Notes under the pieces: model-generated
Told to the model about the DNA's origin: nothing
The model's database searches: none
What the model saw: only the letters and a program-made list of their open reading frames with translations
Position numbers and translations under genes: made by a program
Assembly (NCBI GenBank): GCA_963841015.1
Contig: CAWJAX010000005.1
Location: forward strand, 1-64,000
Source of the DNA: an uncultured Methanoregulaceae archaeon
GTDB taxonomy: Archaea; Halobacteriota; Methanomicrobia; Methanomicrobiales; Methanospirillaceae
Length of the DNA: 64,000 nt
Direction: 5' to 3'
Shown here: piece by piece, positions 1-9,189 of the stretch
How positions within the stretch are numbered: the first letter of the stretch is position 1
Layout: every line of letters starts with the position of its first letter

Positions 1-35
1 ACGGATGGGATTGGAAAAAAAGTTAACTGTTATTT

Positions 36-329
36 ATGAATAAAGAGGATTTATTAAATAAGGGGACATTAAAAAACCCTTTCTGTGCGATACCATCCAT
101 TGACAGCGGATAGAGACCAGGGAATTAAGATTATTATAGTATAGCACGCCTTATTGAAGATGCAGAGGCATAGTATGACCAGAAGGAAGCGATCAAACAG
201 ATTAAGCGATTGGCAGATTCAGGAAATCCTGATGCCGTCACAGCATTGGATCATCTCCTGCATACTCCGGATCTGCACCCATTCCTGCGGGAAGTAATGT
301 CTGGTATTAAAATTTTATCCGGCAGGTGA
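36..329 (+). pseudogene. Possible degenerate coding remnant (helical-repeat-like peptide)
   Basis: One frame from ATG 36 to TGA 329 reads protein-like in its second half (YDQKEAIKQIKRLADSGNPDAVTALDHLLHTPDLHPFLRE) but has in-frame stops at 111, 126 and 171. Confidence 0.25.
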
Positions 330-390
330 AGAATAAGAGTAACCCCTTTACTTTAATAAAAAAACTCTCACCTTTATCGAATTAAAAAAA

Positions 391-2348
391 TTAGATTATT
401 TTAACATTCGGCTGGAGAGCAGCGGGTATATTGGTACCCGATGCAATTGCCGGTACAATGGGGGTCTGACCATCTGCAGTCAGGACTGCCTGACCCTCTT
501 TACCGATGAGCAGGTTGATGAAGTCCACGCCGCCATCCGCATTGCGAGTGCTCGTAGGAATGGTCACCCCATAAATTATAGGAGTTGCAACTTCTGTGAC
601 GGTCGTTGAACCCGATGGGCGTATAACCTGAACATTCGCATATCGGGCAGTCATTGTGGGATCAGAAAGATCTATCTCAGGAGGAAGTGCCAGATAGGGG
701 AGTCCTGACTGGATCGCGACACTGCTGTACTCAAATGCGTAATCAACTGTTCCGGCCTTCAGGAGCGGAATAATATCAGGGCCGGTCTTGGTAATGACGA
801 GTTTCTTGCCATCCGGGGACGGGTTAGTTGCATTTATCGTATGCTTGGCTCCATCAGTCACTTTTGTCATCTTGCTGTAGGGTGCAACAAGGGTATTAAA
901 GATAGAACTGTCACCGTATTTCCGTTCTGCAAGGGCAATGGTCATAAGACTGCGGTAGCCTGCTGGATCTGAAGTAGGATCACTTATTGCGTAGGATACA
1001 TCTTTTGTTGCAAGAACGGTGTACCAGTTATCAGCATTGATGGTAGCGGCACTCTTACTGGTGTTGGTGTAAACAAGTACCATGCTGTTCTTTGCAAAGT
1101 TCACGTCAAAGGTTGCATTCTTCGGGTACAGGTTCTTTGGGATTAGGACCGTATCAGCGCTTGCCAGTACATCTGCAAACATATTCTGCTTGTTCACTTT
1201 GTCGATGATTGCTGCGCTTCCCCCACTATAGAGCTGGACATCGGTGTCCAGGTGTGCTTTTTCAAAGCTCTTCTCCAGTTTGGAAAATGAAGAGCCAAGG
1301 CTTCCTGCATGGTATGCCTTGAGGAGCCTGACTGCAGTAGCCGGGGTACTATAATCACCGACATATCCTGCAGCGGCTGTTGGTACACTTACACTCATCG
1401 GGGTGAACAGAGACTTGCCATACTTGTCTTTACCATAATCAGCGATATCCTGCTGGGTCTGTGGAGAGATAAGGAAACTGATGAAATCATTGGCCATCGT
1501 GATCTTTTCAGCAGGCTGTTTGCTGGTCAGTACCGCCATTGCGCTGTATATATTGAGCAGACTTGCACCCTGGGTTACAATCGGATCAAGTTTCAGATTG
1601 TTCTTATAGGCCAGGTAGGTACCTTCATCGGTGAGGGTGTATGCTCCTTTTTCGCTTGCCATCTGGAGGGTATCTCCCATGCCCTTCCCGGCTTCAACAT
1701 ACCAGGCACCGGATTTCTGAACGTCTGTGGCATATGTGTATCCGGCGCCCTTCCAGAGATTCTGCTCGGCACTGTGGGTACCAGAACCATCACCGCGTGA
1801 CACGAATATTACCTTCGTATCTCCACCCTTACCTTTTGTCAGGATAGTTTTGAAAGCGTTCTCGGGAGTCATTCCTTTGATTCCTGCAGGATCGCTTGCC
1901 GGCCCGATAATCAGGAAGTAGTTTGATGCAAAAGAACGGCGATTCAGCCCATTCCCGCCTTCCAGAAACGCCAGCTCCTGTGAGGGAGAGTGTACAAGCA
2001 GCACATCGGCATCGCCTTTCTTTGCAAGTTCGATCGCTTTCCCGGTGCCCTGTGAGGTGATAAGGAGATCAACATTGTTCTGTGCTTCGTACTTTGTCTC
2101 AAGATAATTCAGGAGACCGGTATCGTAGAGGCTCGTTGTTGTAGCGATAAGAAGTTTCTCCCTTGGGCCTGAAAATACGACGGGGGTTGCTGTCGGCGCT
2201 GCTGTTGTCGCTGCCGTACCAGGGGTTGCCGGGGTTGTTACCACCTGCTGGGGTGCCGGAGTGAGTTTGTACAGCCTGCAAAACAGGCAGAGAATATCAG
2301 TAGTGCGATAACTATTGCAATCAATCCAAAATGCACTTTTTTTGTCAT
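391..2348 (-). CDS. Tandem-fused tungstate/molybdate-binding lipoprotein: N-terminal TupA domain plus C-terminal WtpA/ModA-type domain
   Basis: TupA motifs TTTSLYDTGLL, GTGKA, SRGDGSGTH and TDEGTY are followed in frame by WtpA motifs YHAGSL, DPAGYR, DYAFEYSSVA and PIIYGVTIP. The likely true start is ATG 2348, giving the signal peptide/lipobox MTKKVHFGLIAIVIALLIFSACFAG-C, joined to the long ORF by a probable indel near 2263. Confidence 0.85.
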
Positions 2349-2420
2349 AGTATGACCGGTTTATACTTACTAATAGCAATTCTTCAATGTTTCTTTTTTG
2401 AAATTGTTAATTTTTTAAAA

Positions 2421-2440
2421 TTAACCAATTGATATACCAG
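2421..2440 (-). promoter_or_regulatory. Putative operator (TGGTATATCA box plus a second degenerate box) upstream of the tupA-wtpA fusion
   Basis: Minus strand reads CTGGTATATCAATTGGTTAA; the exact 10-mer also occurs at 5481-5490 and 6273-6282. Confidence 0.6.
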
Positions 2441-2664
2441 GTCAAATAACAAGGGTAGCATTTTTTGAAGTATTGAAAAGAAGTAAAAGATAGTTTAAAA
2501 TTTTGAGAGACATAAAACCTCAACCATTGGTACGATAGCGCGATTTTGAATCCCATTTTAACCTTAAACGAAAATTTTACCTTATATTTAGTTCGAAAAC
2601 CGTGCTTTTTATTTAATAGGTAACAAAAAGGGATTCTGCAGAGTTTTTTCAACTAAATACACGA

Positions 2665-4437
2665 CTATGATAATTTAATATTTCCTTCTTTTTTCACGAG
2701 CACTTCTGAATCAACCATTACCTCATACCCTGAAAATTCTATTTTATATATACCCGGATTCCTGACAACAATCTCCTGCGAGGTTAAAGGAATCCCATAC
2801 AACCTGCCCCATCCCTCCTTTTCATACAAGCCACTTTCATTTGAGATTGTTATTTCAAACCATGCGAATTCATCCGGACGATTGACAATTGCGGTATCAA
2901 TTTTCTTTTGGAAATCTGTTGGTTCAAACCATTTTATATCAGTGATATTATGAGGTAAGACTTTATAGCGGATGACCAATGGTGGATTTTTAAGATCAAA
3001 GGAAATTTTATAGGAATTTACCAGATTATACGATATATTATTCTTGAAAATAGTCAGGTAATCCCTAGAATCAAAAGAAATACCCGGGGGAGGAGCCGGT
3101 TTTTCGAATAACATTTTATTGGTTTTAGGGCTGGTGTCAGGCTCCCGGATAACGGGTTCAATAGTTACGTACTGGGGTGTTTGGGCAGGGGTTGGCAGGG
3201 GAACAGGTGTGGAGAGCAGTGTGGGCGTGATTATCTTGTTCGTGGCAGATGCCGTAATTGTTCCATTTTTAGCTCCGAGTACGCTTCCTGTGGTGTTACC
3301 CTCGGTAATTGCCTGAGCATTGAAACCAGAGAAGATAACACTAGCCATGATGATTATCAACAATGCCATTGCCCCGGCTGTTAGGGAAAAGTATTGCGTG
3401 AATTTCTGTTCCTTGGGGTGATGCTGATGGATGAAATCCGGGACAGGTGCGAGCTGAACTTCGCTGCGCGAGTGATTATCAACCGTAACGAGGATTCGGG
3501 TTTCATCATTCCGTTTCCGTATCATACCGTAGGGTTTCTGATAAAGAGTAAGCTGTGAATACTCCACCTGTGGAGGTTTTTCCTTCTTCGGTGCCTCAAG
3601 AGCAGAGATAACACTACGAGGCACCCGCATACTACTCTGGTTCTGCAAAATCATTTCATTGAGTGTACGCAGGGGTCCGGGGAATTTCTCCCAGGAAAAT
3701 TCAAGACCCCACATGTTCCTGGCATGGATTCCTCCTTCCAGTGCGGACTCGAGCTCATCAATCTCAAACTGATCCCTATTGTCATGTAAAAGTGCACGGA
3801 TTTCCTCGGAGGTTGCCTCTTTTCCAAACTTTTTTATGAGATGTGGGGTGAGAAGTTCGATTATTTCATCAGTGAAGGTAAGATCCGGTGAAAACCTGTT
3901 AAAAATTTCTGCAAAACTTACCAGCTCATACAGGATTGACCGTATGTCAGCGTCCGGCCCGAGTTTTTTTTCTATAGCATCACCAAGGGGTGAAATAATG
4001 TCATTAATTGCTCCTGATTCGGTTTCTGCCAGACCTTCCAGATGCATCTGGCGTTCCTCTTCAAAAATCTTTGAAAATGTACCAATAATGAAGATATAAT
4101 TTGCCTCTACATTTTTTTTCCTAATAATGCGGTATATTTTTTCAAGATCCTCTAAAAAAGAGATAATATCAGCACATATCCGAACCCGCATAAGCTCGTC
4201 AGCGTTACCCATAGGGATGGTGCATTCTGTCTCAAACTCCAGTTTCTTCTGGTAAAAAAAGGTAAAAATATTGTCGAGGCTGTGCTCCTGAATATCAATT
4301 ACCTGGTGTTTATAAAGATCGAGAAGGATTTTTATTGAATTTTTCCGGGTTTCATCATAGAGACGACAGTAATTAACGCAATAGTGACGGAAGATCTGGT
4401 AGTCTTCTTTATTGAAATGTACATTCACCCTCCCCAT
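2665..4437 (-). CDS. Hypothetical single-pass membrane protein (helical N-domain, TM segment, Pro/Thr linker, extracellular C-domain)
   Basis: 590-aa ORF; hydrophobic segment LTAGAMALLIIIMASVIFSGF followed by a TPVPLPTP linker. Confidence 0.7.
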   Translation of the reverse strand: MGRVNVHFNKEDYQIFRHYCVNYCRLYDETRKNSIKILLDLYKHQVIDIQEHSLDNIFTFFYQKKLEFETECTIPMGNADELMRVRICADIISFLEDLEKIYRIIRKKNVEANYIFIIGTFSKIFEEERQMHLEGLAETESGAINDIISPLGDAIEKKLGPDADIRSILYELVSFAEIFNRFSPDLTFTDEIIELLTPHLIKKFGKEATSEEIRALLHDNRDQFEIDELESALEGGIHARNMWGLEFSWEKFPGPLRTLNEMILQNQSSMRVPRSVISALEAPKKEKPPQVEYSQLTLYQKPYGMIRKRNDETRILVTVDNHSRSEVQLAPVPDFIHQHHPKEQKFTQYFSLTAGAMALLIIIMASVIFSGFNAQAITEGNTTGSVLGAKNGTITASATNKIITPTLLSTPVPLPTPAQTPQYVTIEPVIREPDTSPKTNKMLFEKPAPPPGISFDSRDYLTIFKNNISYNLVNSYKISFDLKNPPLVIRYKVLPHNITDIKWFEPTDFQKKIDTAIVNRPDEFAWFEITISNESGLYEKEGWGRLYGIPLTSQEIVVRNPGIYKIEFSGYEVMVDSEVLVKKEGNIKLS

Positions 4438-4613
4438 ACGTTATAATTATAATCACTCTTATTTTATTTTACTTGTTTGTTAATTGAAACAATGTTGTTA
4501 AAGCAATTCGAGACAATTTATTTAAAAAGCGCTTACGTAGGAGTGTGTGCGTTCAGGGAATTTTCTTTTTAATTTCTCGACACCTCGTGTGCTTTTTTTA
4601 AAAAAATATGGTT

Positions 4614-5423
4614 TTAAACAGCACGGATAACGGTACCAACATTCTTTCCTTTAATGGCTTTTTCGATATTTCCCTTGATGTGGCAGTTGATGATTCTAAT
4701 CTCTTTTACATGGGCTGCATCTTTCAACAACTCGATAACCATCGGTTCAATCACCAGGTTCTCAAGGTTCATCGCTTCCAGTTCAGATGCAGTAATCTCC
4801 TTGATAAATTCCGCATCAGGGTGTGATGTAGGATCCTGCATGTACAGCCCGTTGACATTCTTACCAATAATGCAGTTCTTTGCTCCCATCACCTCAGCGA
4901 TAAGGAATGCACCGGTGTCCGTGCGGTGGGGAGGGATTGACCCGGATTTGGCAGGATGTTCATAGAGCCCGTACGGGGGCGTACCATGCATGACCGGCAG
5001 CATCCCGAGCTTCAGCAGGCTGGGAAGTTCAAGAAGATCCCCGGTATGGATTCTGACGCCATTATATTTTGAGAGGAGAATTGAGACCATAATCGCATTC
5101 TGTTCGGAAATCTTTGCCGAGAGTTCCGCAAGTACCCCGGTCGGCATGCCAAGATCCATCCCGACATCCATGATATGCCGGACCCGGCCACCGCCACCGG
5201 TCACAATGAGCATCTGGTGTAATTTTGATAATTGTCCAATCTCTTCGAGAAGCGGGTACATCACATCGCGCCCGTAATCAATCGCTGCATGTCCACCGAT
5301 TTTGATAACATTCAGCTCCGGCGTTATGCGTATCTGCTCTCCGGTCGCCCGCTTCCGGTGTAATCCTTTCCTGACGAGTGTCTCTCCTTGCAATCCACTG
5401 GATATCTCAAACCGCTTATGCAT
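4614..5423 (-). CDS. Molybdenum storage protein (MosA/MosB)-like protein, amino-acid-kinase/UMP-kinase fold
   Basis: Motifs VIKIGG, TGGGGRVRH, GMDLGMPTGVLA, EQNA, PPY..HP...IPPHRTDTGAFLIAE, NVNGLY..DP and VGTVIRA match the Azotobacter MoSto subunits as I recall them; lies among tungstate transport genes. Confidence 0.8.
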   Translation of the reverse strand: MHKRFEISSGLQGETLVRKGLHRKRATGEQIRITPELNVIKIGGHAAIDYGRDVMYPLLEEIGQLSKLHQMLIVTGGGGRVRHIMDVGMDLGMPTGVLAELSAKISEQNAIMVSILLSKYNGVRIHTGDLLELPSLLKLGMLPVMHGTPPYGLYEHPAKSGSIPPHRTDTGAFLIAEVMGAKNCIIGKNVNGLYMQDPTSHPDAEFIKEITASELEAMNLENLVIEPMVIELLKDAAHVKEIRIINCHIKGNIEKAIKGKNVGTVIRAV

Positions 5424-5490
5424 GGTATGTCACACCACCATGGTATCGCAAAGATAAGTTATAAGTTATTGTAAACCAGTTGGTATATCA
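5423..5490. promoter_or_regulatory. Cluster of TGGTATATCA-like boxes in the divergent promoter region
   Basis: TGGTATGTCA 5423-5432, TGGTATCGCA 5441-5450, TTGTAAACCA 5469-5478, TGGTATATCA 5481-5490. Confidence 0.55.
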
Positions 5491-5557
5491 GACACCAGTC
5501 ATTCCCCATACAAAAAGATAATATGATTGGGCAATGAGTATGGTGGGAGGAACCCAG

Positions 5558-5764
5558 ATGAAGATTTATGTGCGTGAACGCCAGAAAGTCGGTGAGGGTG
5601 TTGAGTCACCGAAATATCGTATCGTTGCTGTGACCGGTGGTCAGATACAGATTGAAGCAACCCACTTCCGGAAGTTCGAGATCGAACAGATTGCCAAGGA
5701 TATCAAAGCCGAACTCGTTTACATGAAACCGGTCGCAGACGACCAGAAGAAAAAGAAGCACTGA
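5558..5764 (+). CDS. Small basic hypothetical protein (68 aa)
   Basis: GGAGG ribosome-binding site at 5546-5550 before ATG 5558; protein-like sequence MKIYVRERQKVG; T-rich terminator follows. Confidence 0.75.
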   Translation: MKIYVRERQKVGEGVESPKYRIVAVTGGQIQIEATHFRKFEIEQIAKDIKAELVYMKPVADDQKKKKH

Positions 5765-5872
5765 AAGAATTACTTTTTTCAAAGAAACTTTTTTTCTTTC
5801 CTTATTGAGCGCTTTGAATAGTACTCCGTGTATCTTTATGCTCTCCCATTCCATAGTAATGTACGATTACCC

Positions 5873-6223
5873 ATGGCTGTACTCTCGGTTGATATCCTTT
5901 TTGATGCAGCGATTCGGATCCAGCTCGCAGAGCGATCAATCTCCCTCACGTTTGTGCAGGATGAGGTCCGGATAAAATTCCCGACTACACGACGGCTGGC
6001 AGAATTTCTTGAGGTCCCCCATTATTATGTCCTGCCCTATTTTGCCATGATGGAACAGGAAGAGCTCGTCACCCGTGCTGAACGTGTGGGGATCCTGACT
6101 ACCGCAAAGGGGAGCCGGAAAATGATTGCCCTGATGAAAGATAAATATCTCAAAGAAATGAATGAGATCATCGGTTCGACCATTTTTCAAGAAATTATAA
6201 CAAAATGTCTATTACCTGCTTAA
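5873..6223 (+). CDS. GntR-like winged helix-turn-helix protein, probable regulator
   Basis: KFPTTRRLAEFLEV...MEQEELVTRAERVGILTT resembles the GntR pattern LPSxxxLAxxLxV...LxxEGLVxxxxxxGxxV; start ATG 5873 preferred. Confidence 0.65.
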   Translation: MAVLSVDILFDAAIRIQLAERSISLTFVQDEVRIKFPTTRRLAEFLEVPHYYVLPYFAMMEQEELVTRAERVGILTTAKGSRKMIALMKDKYLKEMNEIIGSTIFQEIITKCLLPA

Positions 6224-6271
6224 GGAATAGATTTTTTCCTCGATTCCCAATATTTTTGATACTTTCGTTTT

Positions 6272-6305
6272 CTGGTATATCAATTGTTTATCAGTTGGTT
6301 AATCA
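6272..6305 (+). promoter_or_regulatory. Three tandem operator-like boxes upstream of tupA
   Basis: TGGTATATCA 6273-6282, TTGTTTATCA 6284-6293 and TGGTTAATCA 6296-6305, upstream of a BRE/TATA-like AAAGAAACAG-TTTTTATA at 6326-6343. Confidence 0.6.
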
Positions 6306-6382
6306 TAAAAAATTTACAATTTAAAAAAGAAACAGTTTTTATAGATAATCACAGATCTTATGCCATAAAGGATTGATCTTGT

Positions 6383-7405
6383 ATGAAACGTTTTTCTGAA
6401 TTATCACTGGGAATTCTGTTAGTAATTCTCCTTATCGGAGTTGTGTTTATAGCAGGATGTACAACAACCCAACCGGACCCGGCCACGACTACCGCTGTAA
6501 CTACACCGCCAACAATCGTAGCTGGTGAAAAGACAAAACTTCTCGTTGCAACGACAACAAGTCTCTACGACACCGGGCTCCTGAACTACCTCGAGCCGAA
6601 ATTCGAATCGATGTATAATGTCGATCTGCAGATCACGTCCCAGGGCACCGGTAAAGCGATCGAAATTGCCAAGAAAGGCGATGCTGATGTGCTTCTCGTA
6701 CATTCCCCATCCCAGGAACTGGCATTTGTAAAGGACGGGTTCGGTATTAACCGTCGATCATTTGCTTCAAACAATTTCATGATTGTCGGGCCGGGAAATG
6801 ACCCGGCAGGAATTGCCAATATGACGCCCGAGAATGCCTTCACCACCCTTCTTGTGAAGGGTACGAACAACACGGCAGGCGTAGTCTTTGTATCCCGTGG
6901 TGACGCTTCCGGGACACACACTGCGGAGCAGAAGATCTGGTCCAATGCGAAGTACAATTATACCACAAACGTCTCAAAATCCGGCAACTGGTACGTTGAA
7001 GCCGGTAAAGGCATGGGAGAGACCCTCCAGATGGCAAGCGAAAAGGGGGCATACACCTTCACGGACGAAGGGACCTACCTTTCGTATAAGAACAACCTGA
7101 AACTCGTCCCGATCATCTCGAAAGGAGCAAGTCTGCTCAACATCTACAGCGTCATGACCGTTTACAATGCCAAGCAGCCGGTCGAGAAGATACAGATGGC
7201 GAACAATTTTGTGAATTTCCTGATAACACCGCAGACTCAGGCAGATATCGGTAACTTTGGTGTGGACAAGTACGGAAAGGCATTGTTTACCCCCATGAGT
7301 ATCAGCGTTCCGACAGCACCAGCGGGCAATGTAGGAGATTACAGCACGCCTGCAACGGATCTCAAACCACCAGTGGCAGCTGTAAACGCTACCGTGACAA
7401 AATAA
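6383..7405 (+). CDS. tupA: Tungstate ABC transporter substrate-binding lipoprotein
   Basis: Lipobox IAGC; motifs TTTSLYDTGLL, SRGDASGTH and TDEGTY; close paralogue of the N-domain of 391..2348. Confidence 0.9.
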   Translation: MKRFSELSLGILLVILLIGVVFIAGCTTTQPDPATTTAVTTPPTIVAGEKTKLLVATTTSLYDTGLLNYLEPKFESMYNVDLQITSQGTGKAIEIAKKGDADVLLVHSPSQELAFVKDGFGINRRSFASNNFMIVGPGNDPAGIANMTPENAFTTLLVKGTNNTAGVVFVSRGDASGTHTAEQKIWSNAKYNYTTNVSKSGNWYVEAGKGMGETLQMASEKGAYTFTDEGTYLSYKNNLKLVPIISKGASLLNIYSVMTVYNAKQPVEKIQMANNFVNFLITPQTQADIGNFGVDKYGKALFTPMSISVPTAPAGNVGDYSTPATDLKPPVAAVNATVTK

Positions 7406-7854
7406 CCTCCCTTTTTTTGTAAACGATCCGTTTACCCTTACCTTCCTGGGCACGTTCCGGGAATAGTTTTCAAGGACAGTAACAGGCTGCAGGAAGTTTT
7501 TTTTGGAGAATATGCGATAAAAATGGTTGCGTCACCGCAAGGCCCGACTTTCCGGGAATTTTAATAAATCCTTGTCTGGTTTTATTGGTTCTGGAGCAAT
7601 CTCAAAACAGCTCCGTGCTCGTGAGGATTGCACCTCGGCGCTTTGTGTTCCCCAAAAATGCGATACCCAGTGAACACAAAATACGTCATCATCGCAATAA
7701 GCGCAGGTGGGGCAGGGGGAAACAATAACGGTTACGCCGTTATCGTACCTGTGCTTTGTATTTCCTGTCAGAGGAAAAGGGATACTCAACGTGGTTTTAT
7801 TGTTCTGCTCATTACAAAGTACAGAAGAACTGTTAACAGCGGCGAGATCCAGGG

Positions 7855-8982
7855 TTAAGATCTTTGTTTATTTTGTTCCCTTCTCCGTCCAATCCATGCC
7901 AGAAGATATGCAAGTACCAGCCCGACGATAAATGCAATGGTCATTGAGCTGAGAAGGGCTAAGATACCAATGATACCGGTAATGGCGAGGGAATCTGTCC
8001 TTAAGCTGTACCGTGCCATCTCAATCCCGACAAACACCAGCAGTGCTCCAAGAACTCCGATCGCAATGATGTACAGAACCTGAGGCGCGGAGAAGAAAAG
8101 GGCGAGGAAGAGAAAAATCAGCCCTGCATAGACATTTGCCCCACCTGTCCTCGCACCATAACGGTGCTGCCCGGCAAGTCCCCCGGCCCCGTGGCACATC
8201 GGAAATCCCCCAAAGGGGACCGAAGTAAGGTTCATCAGCCCTATAGAGGTCGAGAATTTCTTTGGAGGGATATCCACAGAAAAAAGATCTTTAGTAAGGA
8301 GTGAGGTTGCGAGAATTGCGTTTGCAATCGTGAGGACAACCTGGGGCAGAACGAGCGTTTTCAGGGCAGAAGAAAAATCGGAGGGAAGGGGAATTACCAG
8401 CTGGGGTGCAGGGATAAAACTCATCGCGGGTATGCCGTACAGGTACAGCCCCCCCAGTAACCCGACGCCGATGACACACAGTGACGAAAGATCGGGAACA
8501 CGACGGTAACGAAAAAGGACAAGGAACACTATGATAATCACTATCCCGACAATGAAAAAGAACGGATCTTTGATCACAAAATCTGCTGAAGCCTTAAAAA
8601 GGAGCAGGGCAAGACCGAGCTGGATTCCCCTGACGACACTCTCCGGCACCCACCGATCAATAACCTCAAATAAACGGCCGTAACCAAGCACGAGGAAGAT
8701 AACGCCGAGGATGAGTCCGGCTGCAGCAATCTCGCCGCTGCTGATACCCCCGGCGATGACAATCACGGCGATCGCTTTCATGGGTTCAAGAGGGATCGGC
8801 AACCGGTAATAAAACCCGGTAAGAATGAACCAGATACCAAAGAAGAGAAGCACGTACCGGATATTGACATCAGATACCAGCCCCACGGCAATGATCAGCG
8901 GGATGATCGTCCCGAAATCACCCAGGGAACCCGCCAGCTCTGACAGGGAGAATTTCATGGGGGTTGCGGACATCAGGGACAC
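7855..8982 (-). CDS. MOT1-family molybdate/sulfate transporter
   Basis: Motifs ELAGSLGDFGT, PLEPMKAIA and PMCHGAGGLAGQHRYGARTG; many TM helices; exact start uncertain. Confidence 0.85.
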   Translation of the reverse strand: MSLMSATPMKFSLSELAGSLGDFGTIIPLIIAVGLVSDVNIRYVLLFFGIWFILTGFYYRLPIPLEPMKAIAVIVIAGGISSGEIAAAGLILGVIFLVLGYGRLFEVIDRWVPESVVRGIQLGLALLLFKASADFVIKDPFFFIVGIVIIIVFLVLFRYRRVPDLSSLCVIGVGLLGGLYLYGIPAMSFIPAPQLVIPLPSDFSSALKTLVLPQVVLTIANAILATSLLTKDLFSVDIPPKKFSTSIGLMNLTSVPFGGFPMCHGAGGLAGQHRYGARTGGANVYAGLIFLFLALFFSAPQVLYIIAIGVLGALLVFVGIEMARYSLRTDSLAITGIIGILALLSSMTIAFIVGLVLAYLLAWIGRRREQNKQRS

Positions 8983-9189
8983 GATCTTCGGGTTAGTGAG
9001 ATTACAGGTTTTTGGTTTTCAGCATATATTCCGATCTATAATATCCTTCGTTCGCCAACATATACAAAAATCGTTTACCAATCATTAAAATAAAGTAACG
9101 TTGATGATAAGAATTAACCTTTTTACCGGATTCCTCTGGATATCCGATAAAACCAATGTGCACCTATCAAAAATCCGGGGGTAACATCG

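Noticed and set aside
36-329. In-frame TAG codons suggesting pyrrolysine readthrough
   Set aside because: A TAA is also in frame, there are no pyl genes in the window, and Methanomicrobiales are not known to use Pyl; decay or error is more likely
7628-7858. Short ORFs with faint resemblance to a membrane-transporter fragment (GGAGG...VIVPVL)
   Set aside because: No sustained hydrophobic pattern, RBS or recognisable motif, so it cannot be supported
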